Assembly (NCBI RefSeq): GCF_900289195.1
Contig: NZ_OMOH01000002.1
Coordinates: 151,206-183,205, forward strand
From: Propionibacterium ruminifibrarum
GTDB lineage: Bacteria; Actinomycetota; Actinomycetes; Propionibacteriales; Propionibacteriaceae
Direction: 5' to 3'
Length of the DNA stretch: 32,000 bases
A program made the translations under genes and the position numbers. The notes below the pieces were generated by a model. It searched no databases. It was not told the origin of the DNA and saw only the letters and a program-made list of their open reading frames with translations. Numbering within the stretch: position 1 is the first letter of the stretch; every line of letters begins with the position of its first letter. Below, piece by piece: positions 21,197-28,598 of the stretch.

Positions 21197-21214
21197 CGCG
21201 CCATCGATGGCGCG
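21197..21214. promoter_or_regulatory. Perfect 18-bp palindrome 7 nt after the marR stop
   Basis: CGCGCCATC|GATGGCGCG is exactly self-complementary around an ATCGAT core. It lies between marR (stop 21188-21190) and the co-directional FAD/Fe-S gene (start 21284). It could act as a DNA operator or as an RNA hairpin (about 7 bp with a 4-nt loop). Confidence 0.3.
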
Positions 21215-21283
21215 AGAACCCTCGGACACGCTGGACGACGCGCCCCGGGCGGGGCATCGGCGGATGGCCTGGGACGCGTCGGG

Positions 21284-24175
21284 ATGCGTCACCGCCTGGT
21301 GGCACACTTGGTGCCCGTGAGCGCACCAGCACGGGAAACGAGTCGTCTGCAGGTCCTGTCCCGGGAGTCGGCGGACAAGGCCAGGGCGCTCGATGCGGTG
21401 CTCGGCGCCGGCAACTGCCTCGACGACTCCGCTCTCACCCGCGCCGTCTACTCGTCCGACGCCTCGGTCTACCGCATCGTGCCGCAGGTCGTGGCCGCGC
21501 CCCGGGACGTCGACGAACTCGGGACGCTCGTCGGCGCCGCCCTCGAGGTGGGCATTCCGATCACCGGTCGCGGCGCGGGCACCAGCTGCGCGGGCAACGC
21601 GGTCGGTCCCGGCCTGGTCATCGACATGAACCGGCACCTGCGCCGCATCATCGACGTCGACCCCGACGCGCGGACCGCAACAGTCGAACCCGGTGTGATC
21701 CAGTCCGAACTGCAGGCCGCTGCCAGGCCCTTCGCCCTGCGTTTCGGCCCCGACCCGTCCACCTCGAACCGTTGCACGATCGGCGGCATGATCGGCAACA
21801 ACGCGTGCGGCCCGCGTGCTCTCGGCTACGGTCGCAGCGCCGACAACACCCTCGAGCTCGACGTCATCACGGGCACGGGCGAACGTGTGCGTCTGGGCGA
21901 GCAGGATGCGTCCAGCGAGCCGTCCCGCCGCCTGGCCACCCTCGTCGACCAGAATCTCGCCCCCATCCGCACCGAGTGCGGCCGTTTCACGCGCGAGGTC
22001 TCGGGCTACTCGCTGGAGCACCTGCTGCCCGAGCGGGGACGTCACACCGCGAAATTCTTCTCGGGCACCGAGGGCACGCTCGGCCTCATCACGAAGGCGA
22101 CCGTCCGCCTGGTCGCCGACGCCCCGTACAAGACGATGGTGGCGCTGGGCTATCCGACGATGCAGGAGGCCGGCGCCGCCACCACGACCATCCTCGGGTA
22201 CGGCCCCACGGCCATCGAGGGGCTGGATTCCAGGCTCGTCCAGCTGGTCGCCGACCGGCTCGGCCCGTCGGCGGTGCCGCCGCTGCCGCGCGGCGAGGGC
22301 TGGGCCTTCGTCGAGCTCGTCGGCGACGATCCACGCGAGGTCGCCGACCGCGCCAGGCGCGTCGCCTCGGGCTGCGGGGCCATGGAGGGCTGGGTGGTCG
22401 ACGACGCGGCGCGGGCGAGCCGGCTGTGGGGCATCCGCTCGGACGCCGCCGGTCTGGCCGGCGTCGCCCTCGAGAACCCCGCCTACGCAGGCTGGGAGGA
22501 CTCGGCCGTTCCGCCCGAGAACCTCGGCGAGTACCTCACCGCCTTCAACCAGCTGCTCGCCGATCACGGCCTGCACGGCCTGCCGTACGGCCACTTCGGC
22601 GACGGCTGCGTGCACTGCCGCATCGACTTCCCGTTCGAGAGCCCCGGCGGCACCGAGCGGTACCACGACTTCATGCTGGCCGCCGGCGCCCTGGCCGCCC
22701 GCTTCGGCGGCTCGATGTCCGGCGAGCACGGGGACGGCAGGGCCCGCAGCGAGCTGCTGCCGCTCATGTACTCCGAACAGACCATCGCCCTGTTCGGACG
22801 GGTCAAGAACATCTTCGATCCCGAGAACCTCATGAACCCCGGCGTGATCGTCGACCCCGATCCCACGGACGAGGCCATCCGCGTGCCGGCCACGATCGCC
22901 GCCCCGCTGCGCATCGCCGACCCCGATTTCTCGCGGGCCGTCCACCAGTGCAGCGGCGTCGGCAAGTGCCTGGCCGACACGACCGCCACGGGCGGCGTCA
23001 TGTGCCCGAGCTACCAGGCCACGGGCAACCAGAAGGACTCCACCCGGGGCCGCTCCCGCGTGCTGCAGGAGATGATCAACGGCGGGCTGCTCACCGACGG
23101 CTGGCGCTCCCCCGAGGTCGGCGAGGCCCTCGAGTTCTGCCTGGCCTGCAAGGGCTGCCGCCGCGACTGCCCCACCGGCATCGACATGGCCGCCTACAAG
23201 TCCCGCGTGCTGTACGAGAGGTTCAGGCACCGCTTCTGGGCGCGCCCGCGCTCGCACCTCGCCATGGGCTGGCTGCCCACCTGGGGGCGTCTCGTCACGA
23301 GGCTGCACGCCGGCGCGGTCGGCAACTTCTTCCTGCAGACCCCAGGGCTGAGGCACCTCGTCCGCTGGCTCGCCTGGGTCGATCAGCGTCGCCCCATGCC
23401 CCGGTTCCGCACCGGCGGCTCGGCCCGTTCCGAGGCCGCGGCTAGCCTGCGCGCCCGGCGGCAGGACGAGGGCCGGCCGGTGGCGATCTGGGTCGACTCG
23501 TTCTCCGACGCCTTCGAGGGCAATCAGGCGATGGGCCTGGTGCAGACGCTCGTCGCCGCCGGTTACGCCCCGCAGGTCATCGAGCAGGACGCCTGCTGCG
23601 GCCTGACGTGGATCACCACCGGCCAGCTCGAAGGGGCCCGCCGTCACCTGCGGCATGCGCTGGAGGTCCTGTACCCGATCGCCGCCCAGGGCATCCCCAT
23701 CGTCGGGCTGGAGCCCAGCTGCATGGCCGTGTGGCGCTCGGACGCCGCCGAACTGCTCGACGGCGACGAGCGGGTCGAGGTCGTCACCGGGGCGGTGAGC
23801 ACCCTGGCCGAACTGCTCGCCAGGACCGAGGGCTGGCAGGCTCCCGACCTGAGCGGGCACACGATCGTCGCCCAGCCGCACTGCCACCACTCGTCGGTGC
23901 TCGGCTGGGAGGCCGACAGGGCGCTGCTCGAGTCGACGGGCGCGACGGTCGTCGCCCTGGCCGGCTGCTGCGGCCTGGCCGGCAACTTCGGGGTCGAGAA
24001 GGGCCACTACGAGGTCAGCGTCGCGGTCGCCGAGCACGACCTGTTGCCGGCCATCGACGCCGCGGGGCCGGACGCGATCCTGCTGGCGGACGGGTTCAGC
24101 TGCCGCAAGCAGATGAAGGACCTGCGCGACCGCACCGCGATGAGCCTGGGCGAGTTACTCGCCGCCCACCTGTGA
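21284..24175 (+). CDS. Fused FAD-linked oxidase (GlcD-like) plus 4Fe-4S dicluster plus two CCG domains (GlcF/LutA-like); E. coli YdiJ-type architecture
   Basis: The N-terminal FAD-binding PCMH region reads PQVVAAPRDVDELGTLVGAALEVGIPITGRGAGTSCAGNAV. GEHGDGRARSE marks the FAD-oxidase C-terminal domain. Ferredoxin-type clusters are C..GKC..........CP and CLACKGCRRDCP. Two CCG motifs are present (DACCGLTW and LAGCCGLAGNFG). In-frame GTG starts at 21311 and 21317 are alternatives. The antisense 1110-aa ORF is shadow. Confidence 0.9.
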   Translation: MRHRLVAHLVPVSAPARETSRLQVLSRESADKARALDAVLGAGNCLDDSALTRAVYSSDASVYRIVPQVVAAPRDVDELGTLVGAALEVGIPITGRGAGTSCAGNAVGPGLVIDMNRHLRRIIDVDPDARTATVEPGVIQSELQAAARPFALRFGPDPSTSNRCTIGGMIGNNACGPRALGYGRSADNTLELDVITGTGERVRLGEQDASSEPSRRLATLVDQNLAPIRTECGRFTREVSGYSLEHLLPERGRHTAKFFSGTEGTLGLITKATVRLVADAPYKTMVALGYPTMQEAGAATTTILGYGPTAIEGLDSRLVQLVADRLGPSAVPPLPRGEGWAFVELVGDDPREVADRARRVASGCGAMEGWVVDDAARASRLWGIRSDAAGLAGVALENPAYAGWEDSAVPPENLGEYLTAFNQLLADHGLHGLPYGHFGDGCVHCRIDFPFESPGGTERYHDFMLAAGALAARFGGSMSGEHGDGRARSELLPLMYSEQTIALFGRVKNIFDPENLMNPGVIVDPDPTDEAIRVPATIAAPLRIADPDFSRAVHQCSGVGKCLADTTATGGVMCPSYQATGNQKDSTRGRSRVLQEMINGGLLTDGWRSPEVGEALEFCLACKGCRRDCPTGIDMAAYKSRVLYERFRHRFWARPRSHLAMGWLPTWGRLVTRLHAGAVGNFFLQTPGLRHLVRWLAWVDQRRPMPRFRTGGSARSEAAASLRARRQDEGRPVAIWVDSFSDAFEGNQAMGLVQTLVAAGYAPQVIEQDACCGLTWITTGQLEGARRHLRHALEVLYPIAAQGIPIVGLEPSCMAVWRSDAAELLDGDERVEVVTGAVSTLAELLARTEGWQAPDLSGHTIVAQPHCHHSSVLGWEADRALLESTGATVVALAGCCGLAGNFGVEKGHYEVSVAVAEHDLLPAIDAAGPDAILLADGFSCRKQMKDLRDRTAMSLGELLAAHL

Positions 24176-24191
24176 CCATCAGGGGCGTACG

Positions 24192-24229
24192 CCTGCGTTT
24201 CTCGTGCGTCATTTCACGAGAAACGCAGG
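24192..24229 (-). repeat. Hairpin repeat copy 2 (15-bp stem, loop CGTCATTT, the inverse of copy 1) between the convergent FAD/Fe-S gene and the M3 peptidase gene
   Basis: CCTGCGTTTCTCGTG (24192-24206), loop CGTCATTT (24207-24214), CACGAGAAACGCAGG (24215-24229). Its reverse complement equals the copy-1 core except for G->T in the left arm and the paired C->A in the right arm. Confidence 0.7.
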
Positions 24230-24239
24230 GTGAAGCGGT

Positions 24240-26300
24240 TCAGTCGCGGCGTCTGCGTCTCGCCAGGTGCGCGGGGTCCGGGTCGGCGCCGCGGAACGCA
24301 CGGTAGGCCTCGGCGACGTCGACCGAACCGCCGATGGCCAACACCTCGCGGCGGAAACGCTCCCCGGCGCCGCGGTTGAGGCCGCCGTCGCCGTCGGCGG
24401 CGTGCTCGGCGAACCAGGCGCAGGCGTCCGCGTCGTAGACCTCGGCCCACTTGTACGAGTAGTAGGCGGCGTCGTAGCCCCCGCTCCAGATGTGCGAGAA
24501 GTAGCGGCTGCGATAGCGCGGCGGGACCAGGTCGAAGGCCAGTCCCCTGTCGCGCAGCGCGGCCGTCTCGAAGGCGTCGATCCCGTCGGGCGCCTGGGGC
24601 AGCAGGGTCGGCGCCGTCGTGTGCCAGGCCTGGTCGAGGCCCATCGCCGCCAGGATCTCGAGGTCCTCGAAGCCGGCATCGGCGAGACGACCGTCGAGCA
24701 GTCGGGAGACGAGTTCGTCGGGGATCGGCTCGCCCGTGGCGTGGTGGCGGGCGTAGCGGGCGATCAGTAACGGGTGCCATGCCCAGTTCTCGTTGACCTG
24801 GCTGGGGAACTCGACGTAGTCGCGCGGGGTGTTCGTGCCCGACAGGGATGCGTAGCGGGTGTCGGCGAACAGGCCGTGCAGGCAGTGACCGAACTCGTGG
24901 AAGCAGGTGATGACCTGGTCCCAGGTGAGCAGCGCCGGTTCCCCCGGTGCGGGGCGCGTCACATTGGTGTTGAGCGTGACGACGGGGCGGTCGCCGGTCA
25001 GGGTGTCGGCGCAGACCAGGTCGGTCATCCAGGCGCCGCCCTGCTTGGTGGGGCGCGTCCACGGGTCGACGATGCACAGTCCGAGCGGGGATCCGTCCTC
25101 CTCGTGCGCCTCGAAGACGACGCTGTCACTCGTGTACCCGGCCAGGTCGTCGCGGCGGACCATGGTGATCCCGTAGAGCTCGTGGGCGGCCGCGAAGACG
25201 CCCTCGTGCAGCACACGCCAGTACTCCAGGTATGGCCGCAGGGTCGCGTCGTCGACGGCCGTGGCGGCGCGCAGCCGGGCGGCGGTCCACGCCCAGTCCC
25301 AGGGGCCGAACTCCAGGCCCGGGGCGAGCCGCGCGAAGGCCTCCCGGTAGCGCTTCTCGTCGGCGCGGGCGAGGAGCACCGCGGGCCCGCCGATGTCGGC
25401 GAGCAGCGTCTCGATCGCGTCGACCGTCCGGGCGCAGCCGTCGTCGGCGACGAGGGCCGCGTGGGAGGCGTATCCCAGGAGCTCGGCGCGCCGGGCGCGC
25501 AGCCGGGCCAGCTCGATGATGGTCCGACCGGTGGCGTTGTCGCCGCCTGTGCCGCGCCGGGTTGAGGCCTCGAAGACGCGACGGCGAACGTCCTGGCGGT
25601 CCAGGCTCGCCAGCCAGTCCTGTCCGGTGGTGTTGACCAGTTCCAGCAGCCAGCCGTCCAACCCTCGTTCCGTGGCGGCGGCCGCGGCGGCTCGCCGCTG
25701 AGCCGGCGACAGGCCGTCCAGTTCGGACTCGTCGATGATGTGCACGGCTGCCTCGTTGCGTCCGGCCACGACGAGCCGCTCGAACCGGGCCGAGGCCGTG
25801 GCGATGGCCTTGTTGAGTCCCCTGAGGGTCTCCTGGGCGTCCGGGGCGAGATCGACGCCGCTGCGCCGGTGCCGGCGAATCCGTTCGGACAGCCAGAAGC
25901 GGTCCTGCTCGTCCAGCTCGGCCCGGCCCTCGGCGTCGGCGTCCCGGAGGGCCAGCAGCCGGTCGAACAGCGGGCGGCTCAGCGCGATGGCGTCCTCGTG
26001 CTCGGCCAGCTGCGGGGCCAGGCGCTCGTCCAGCGCGTCGAGATCGTCATTCGTGTCGGCGTCGCGCACGGTCATGAACGCGCTCAGGGCGCGCGTCAGG
26101 GGCGTCTGCGCGAGTTCCCAGGCGTGGATGACGTTCTCGGCGGTCGGCGGGTCTGGGTTGGCTGCGAGTTCGTCGAGCACCGCTCGCTGCGAGCGCATCG
26201 CCTCGTGGATGATCCGGTCGTGGGCGGCCGCGTCGAGCCGGGCGAAATCGGGCAGCCGGTACCGGGGCTGGTCGGGCAGGAGGGAACTCATGGCGTCCAT
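24240..26300 (-). CDS. dcp: M3-family zinc metallopeptidase (peptidyl-dipeptidase Dcp / oligopeptidase A type)
   Basis: HEFGHCLH zinc motif with downstream EFPSQVNE. Length (~686 aa) and overall pattern are typical of M3A. The start is ATG 26300 (MDAMSS..) or ATG 26291; the track start at 26375 is unlikely. Confidence 0.85.
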   Translation of the reverse strand: MDAMSSLLPDQPRYRLPDFARLDAAAHDRIIHEAMRSQRAVLDELAANPDPPTAENVIHAWELAQTPLTRALSAFMTVRDADTNDDLDALDERLAPQLAEHEDAIALSRPLFDRLLALRDADAEGRAELDEQDRFWLSERIRRHRRSGVDLAPDAQETLRGLNKAIATASARFERLVVAGRNEAAVHIIDESELDGLSPAQRRAAAAAATERGLDGWLLELVNTTGQDWLASLDRQDVRRRVFEASTRRGTGGDNATGRTIIELARLRARRAELLGYASHAALVADDGCARTVDAIETLLADIGGPAVLLARADEKRYREAFARLAPGLEFGPWDWAWTAARLRAATAVDDATLRPYLEYWRVLHEGVFAAAHELYGITMVRRDDLAGYTSDSVVFEAHEEDGSPLGLCIVDPWTRPTKQGGAWMTDLVCADTLTGDRPVVTLNTNVTRPAPGEPALLTWDQVITCFHEFGHCLHGLFADTRYASLSGTNTPRDYVEFPSQVNENWAWHPLLIARYARHHATGEPIPDELVSRLLDGRLADAGFEDLEILAAMGLDQAWHTTAPTLLPQAPDGIDAFETAALRDRGLAFDLVPPRYRSRYFSHIWSGGYDAAYYSYKWAEVYDADACAWFAEHAADGDGGLNRGAGERFRREVLAIGGSVDVAEAYRAFRGADPDPAHLARRRRRD

Positions 26301-26388
26301 GATCGTCCGCCGACGCATCCCCCGGCGGGCACCCCGCCGGGACCTGTCCACATTGGGTTGGACTGCCCACATCATGGATTCGGGCCCC

Positions 26389-26394
26389 TAGAAT
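26389..26394 (+). promoter_or_regulatory. Candidate -10 hexamer TAGAAT giving a leaderless transcript of the GalT-like gene
   Basis: TAGAAT fits the actinobacterial TANNNT pattern and lies 7 nt upstream of the ATG at 26402. No Shine-Dalgarno sequence lies in between. No convincing -35 element was seen. Confidence 0.3.
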
Positions 26395-26401
26395 CACGGT
26401 C

Positions 26402-27736
26402 ATGGGCAATGAAGACCATGTCGAGCCGATCCGAGTCATGCCAGATGGCACCGTCAAGCAGATCAACCCCCTGTCGGGCGTCGAGGTCTGGACCGTCCCC
26501 GGGCGCGGCAACCGCCCGCTGACCAGACCCGCGGAGAACGTCCGTCCGCTGCAGCCAGGCGACAGCACGCACGCCTGCGTCTTCTGTCTGGGACGGATGT
26601 CCGAGACTCCCCCGCCGAAGTCGCGCCGCGTGAAGACGGCCGATGGCTGGCAGACCCTCTCCGGCGTCCTGCCGAGTCAGCGCACCGACACCGTGGCGGA
26701 GTTCCGTCGTGTGCCGAATCTCTTCGAGATCCTCGGCTTCAGCTACTGGCGCACCAACTACGACTACCGTCCCTCACCGTCCGTGATGGCCGCCTACGAG
26801 CGCTACCGGAATGACCCTGCCGGACGTCAGCACCTGCTGGGCATCTGCCGGGCGAAGCTGGCCGCCTCGGGGCTGAGCCCCGACCAGATCGCCGAGGTCG
26901 GCGAGGAGAAGATGCTCGAGGACTCGCTGGCCTTCTTCGCGTCCTCGCACGACGTCATCGTCGCCCGACGCCACTACATGGACTTCGCCGCCGACAGCAG
27001 TCAGCTGGCCGGGTCCGGCTCGCTGAGTGTCGAGGAGCACGAGCAGTACACGGCCTTCACCATCGAGGCGCTGCACGACTTGTACGAGGAGAACCGTTAC
27101 GCCCGCTACGTGGCGGTCTTCCAGAACTGGCTGCAACCGGCTGGGGCCTCCATCGATCACCTGCACAAGCAGCTGGTGGCGATGGACGAGCACGGCGCCC
27201 AGACGAACGCGGAGGTCGCGGCGCTGCGCGCCAACATCAACGCCTTCAACCAGTACGTGCTCAACGAGGCCGTGCAGCACAATCTGGTGATCGCCGAGAA
27301 CGACTCGGCGATCGCCTTCGCCGGGTTCGGGCACCGCTACCCGACGGTCGAGATCTACTCGAAGTCGAGCACCTGCGAGCCGTGGCTGCAGAGCCCCGAA
27401 GAGGTTGCTGACATGTCGGCCCTGCTGCACGCGATCCACGCCGCGACGGGCACCGAGGTGCCCTGCAACGAGGAATGGCATCACCGCTCCCCCGACATGG
27501 ACGTCCCGATGCCCTGGCACATCAACCTCAAGTGGCGTGTCTCGACGCTGGCCGGTTTCGAAGGCGGCACGAAGGTCTACCTCAATACGATCGATCCCTG
27601 GCACGTGCGTGACCGTCTCGTGCCCAGGCTGCACGAGCTGCGCCGCGAGGGGCACCTGGCCGACGGCATCCTGCTGGACGAGCAGTGCCCGGCCCGCTAC
27701 AACAGCCTGAAGTACAACCCGCTCCTTCAGTCCTGA
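26402..27736 (+). CDS. GalT-like HIT-superfamily nucleotidyltransferase/phosphorylase (HxHxQ branch), uncharacterised; possibly the DUF4921 type
   Basis: The 444-aa product has H57-A-C59-V-F-C62, comparable to the GalT zinc motif CPFC. RRVPNLFEIL resembles the GalT F-P-N-x-F-P-A-L strand. VAVFQNWLQPAGASIDH252LH254KQ256 matches GalT FENKG...G.S.PHPHGQ. The second half-domain (HINLKWRVSTLAGFEGGT) lacks the His pair, as in GalT. There is an extra ~60-residue insert at about residues 115-175. Confidence 0.75.
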   Translation: MGNEDHVEPIRVMPDGTVKQINPLSGVEVWTVPGRGNRPLTRPAENVRPLQPGDSTHACVFCLGRMSETPPPKSRRVKTADGWQTLSGVLPSQRTDTVAEFRRVPNLFEILGFSYWRTNYDYRPSPSVMAAYERYRNDPAGRQHLLGICRAKLAASGLSPDQIAEVGEEKMLEDSLAFFASSHDVIVARRHYMDFAADSSQLAGSGSLSVEEHEQYTAFTIEALHDLYEENRYARYVAVFQNWLQPAGASIDHLHKQLVAMDEHGAQTNAEVAALRANINAFNQYVLNEAVQHNLVIAENDSAIAFAGFGHRYPTVEIYSKSSTCEPWLQSPEEVADMSALLHAIHAATGTEVPCNEEWHHRSPDMDVPMPWHINLKWRVSTLAGFEGGTKVYLNTIDPWHVRDRLVPRLHELRREGHLADGILLDEQCPARYNSLKYNPLLQS

Positions 27737-27742
27737 ACGGGC

Positions 27743-27787
27743 ACGATGCGGCCCCGGGGAGGTTCGGCCTCCTCGGGGCCGCATCGT
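27743..27787 (+). terminator. Strong GC hairpin 7 nt after the GalT-like stop (intrinsic terminator candidate)
   Basis: ACGATGCGGCCCCGGGGAGG (27743-27762), loop TTCGG, CCTCCTCGGGGCCGCATCGT (27768-27787). This is a 20-bp stem with a single G.U pair, followed by TGCATTCC. Confidence 0.6.
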
Positions 27788-27907
27788 TGCATTCCGACGC
27801 CGCCCTTCTCTCCCCGCGTTTCTTGCGGGCATCCCCACCGATGGGATCGGTTCACAGGTCACGAGGGCCAACCGGGTCGTTCAGGCGGGCGTCGACCCCA
27901 ACACATT

Positions 27908-27922
27908 GATAACAGTGTTATC
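27908..27922. promoter_or_regulatory. Perfect palindrome GATAACA-G-TGTTATC upstream of the tetR-oxidoreductase operon (candidate TetR operator)
   Basis: The 7-1-7 inverted repeat sits in an AT-rich island (ACATTGATAACAGTGTTATCTTATGG) about 70 nt upstream of the TetR ATG at 27993. This position and size are typical for a TetR autoregulatory operator overlapping a promoter. Confidence 0.4.
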
Positions 27923-27992
27923 TTATGGGGCGGGGCACCGGTCCTCGGACCAGGTGCAGGACCCACGATGGACGCCGCGACATTGGAGGAGC

Positions 27993-28598
27993 ATGGTCAC
28001 CAGACCCGGTCCCGACGCGGTCAGGGCTGAGATCATCAACGCGGCCCTGGCCAGAATCACCACAGGCGGCGCCGAGCAGGTCTCACTGAGGCCTCTCATG
28101 GCGGAGCTGTCGCTCACCACTGGCGCCTTCTACCGGTGCTTCCCCGGCGGCCGGGAGGACCTGCTCAACGCCGTCGCACGCACCGCGTCACAGCGGGTTC
28201 TGGACCTGCTGCCCGACGCGGAAACAATCGATGCCCTCGCCCCGTACGACGCGTTGCTGGAACTGGGTCGCGGGCTCATCGACCTCATGCGCGAGCAGGG
28301 CAGGCTCCTCGAGTTCGTCCTGTCCTATCCGCTCGCCGATGACGAGGGACCCTATCCCCTGGCCCAGCGAACCCTGACCACGGTGGAACGCGCGGCGGCT
28401 GACCACGGTCTCGACGGCTCGCTGCTGTTCACTCAGCTCTGGGGCTTCGTCTGCGGGCTGGGGCAGTTGACACGCCTGGGTCTCGTGGCCGATCCCGAAT
28501 CGCTCATGTCCGCAACCCTGGCCGCCCTGCTGAGCGGCGACGAGCCGGCTCAGGCACCCGTATCCGCCGCATCCTTGAAGGAGAACCGTTCCTCATGA
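27993..28598 (+). CDS. TetR-family transcriptional regulator
   Basis: Start is ATG 27993 with GGAGGA 3 nt upstream. The HTH reads AEIINAALARITTGGAEQVSLRPLMAELSLTTGAFYRCFPGGREDLLNAV. Its stop overlaps the next gene's start (ATGA at 28595-28598). Confidence 0.85.
   Translation: MVTRPGPDAVRAEIINAALARITTGGAEQVSLRPLMAELSLTTGAFYRCFPGGREDLLNAVARTASQRVLDLLPDAETIDALAPYDALLELGRGLIDLMREQGRLLEFVLSYPLADDEGPYPLAQRTLTTVERAAADHGLDGSLLFTQLWGFVCGLGQLTRLGLVADPESLMSATLAALLSGDEPAQAPVSAASLKENRSS

Noticed and set aside
20705-24037. A 1110-aa ORF on the minus strand, plus similar long antisense ORFs at 1365-3545(-), 4760-7165(+), 8367-10946(-), 12647-14029(-), 15251-16657(-), 18478-20700(+) and 11154-12491(+)
   Set aside because: All lie exactly opposite genes with clear family motifs (FAD/Fe-S oxidase, ligA, pepN, larA-like, gnd, fadD, uxaC). 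Their products are R/G/P/A/D-rich low-complexity strings with no motifs. Such stop-free shadow frames are expected in very GC-rich DNA.
17681-24229. CRISPR array or MITE interpretation of the repeated hairpin
   Set aside because: There are only two copies, 6.5 kb apart and in opposite orientation, separated by ordinary genes. There are no regularly spaced repeats, no cas genes, and no terminal inverted repeats with target-site duplications flanking a longer element. It is reported instead as a dispersed hairpin repeat.
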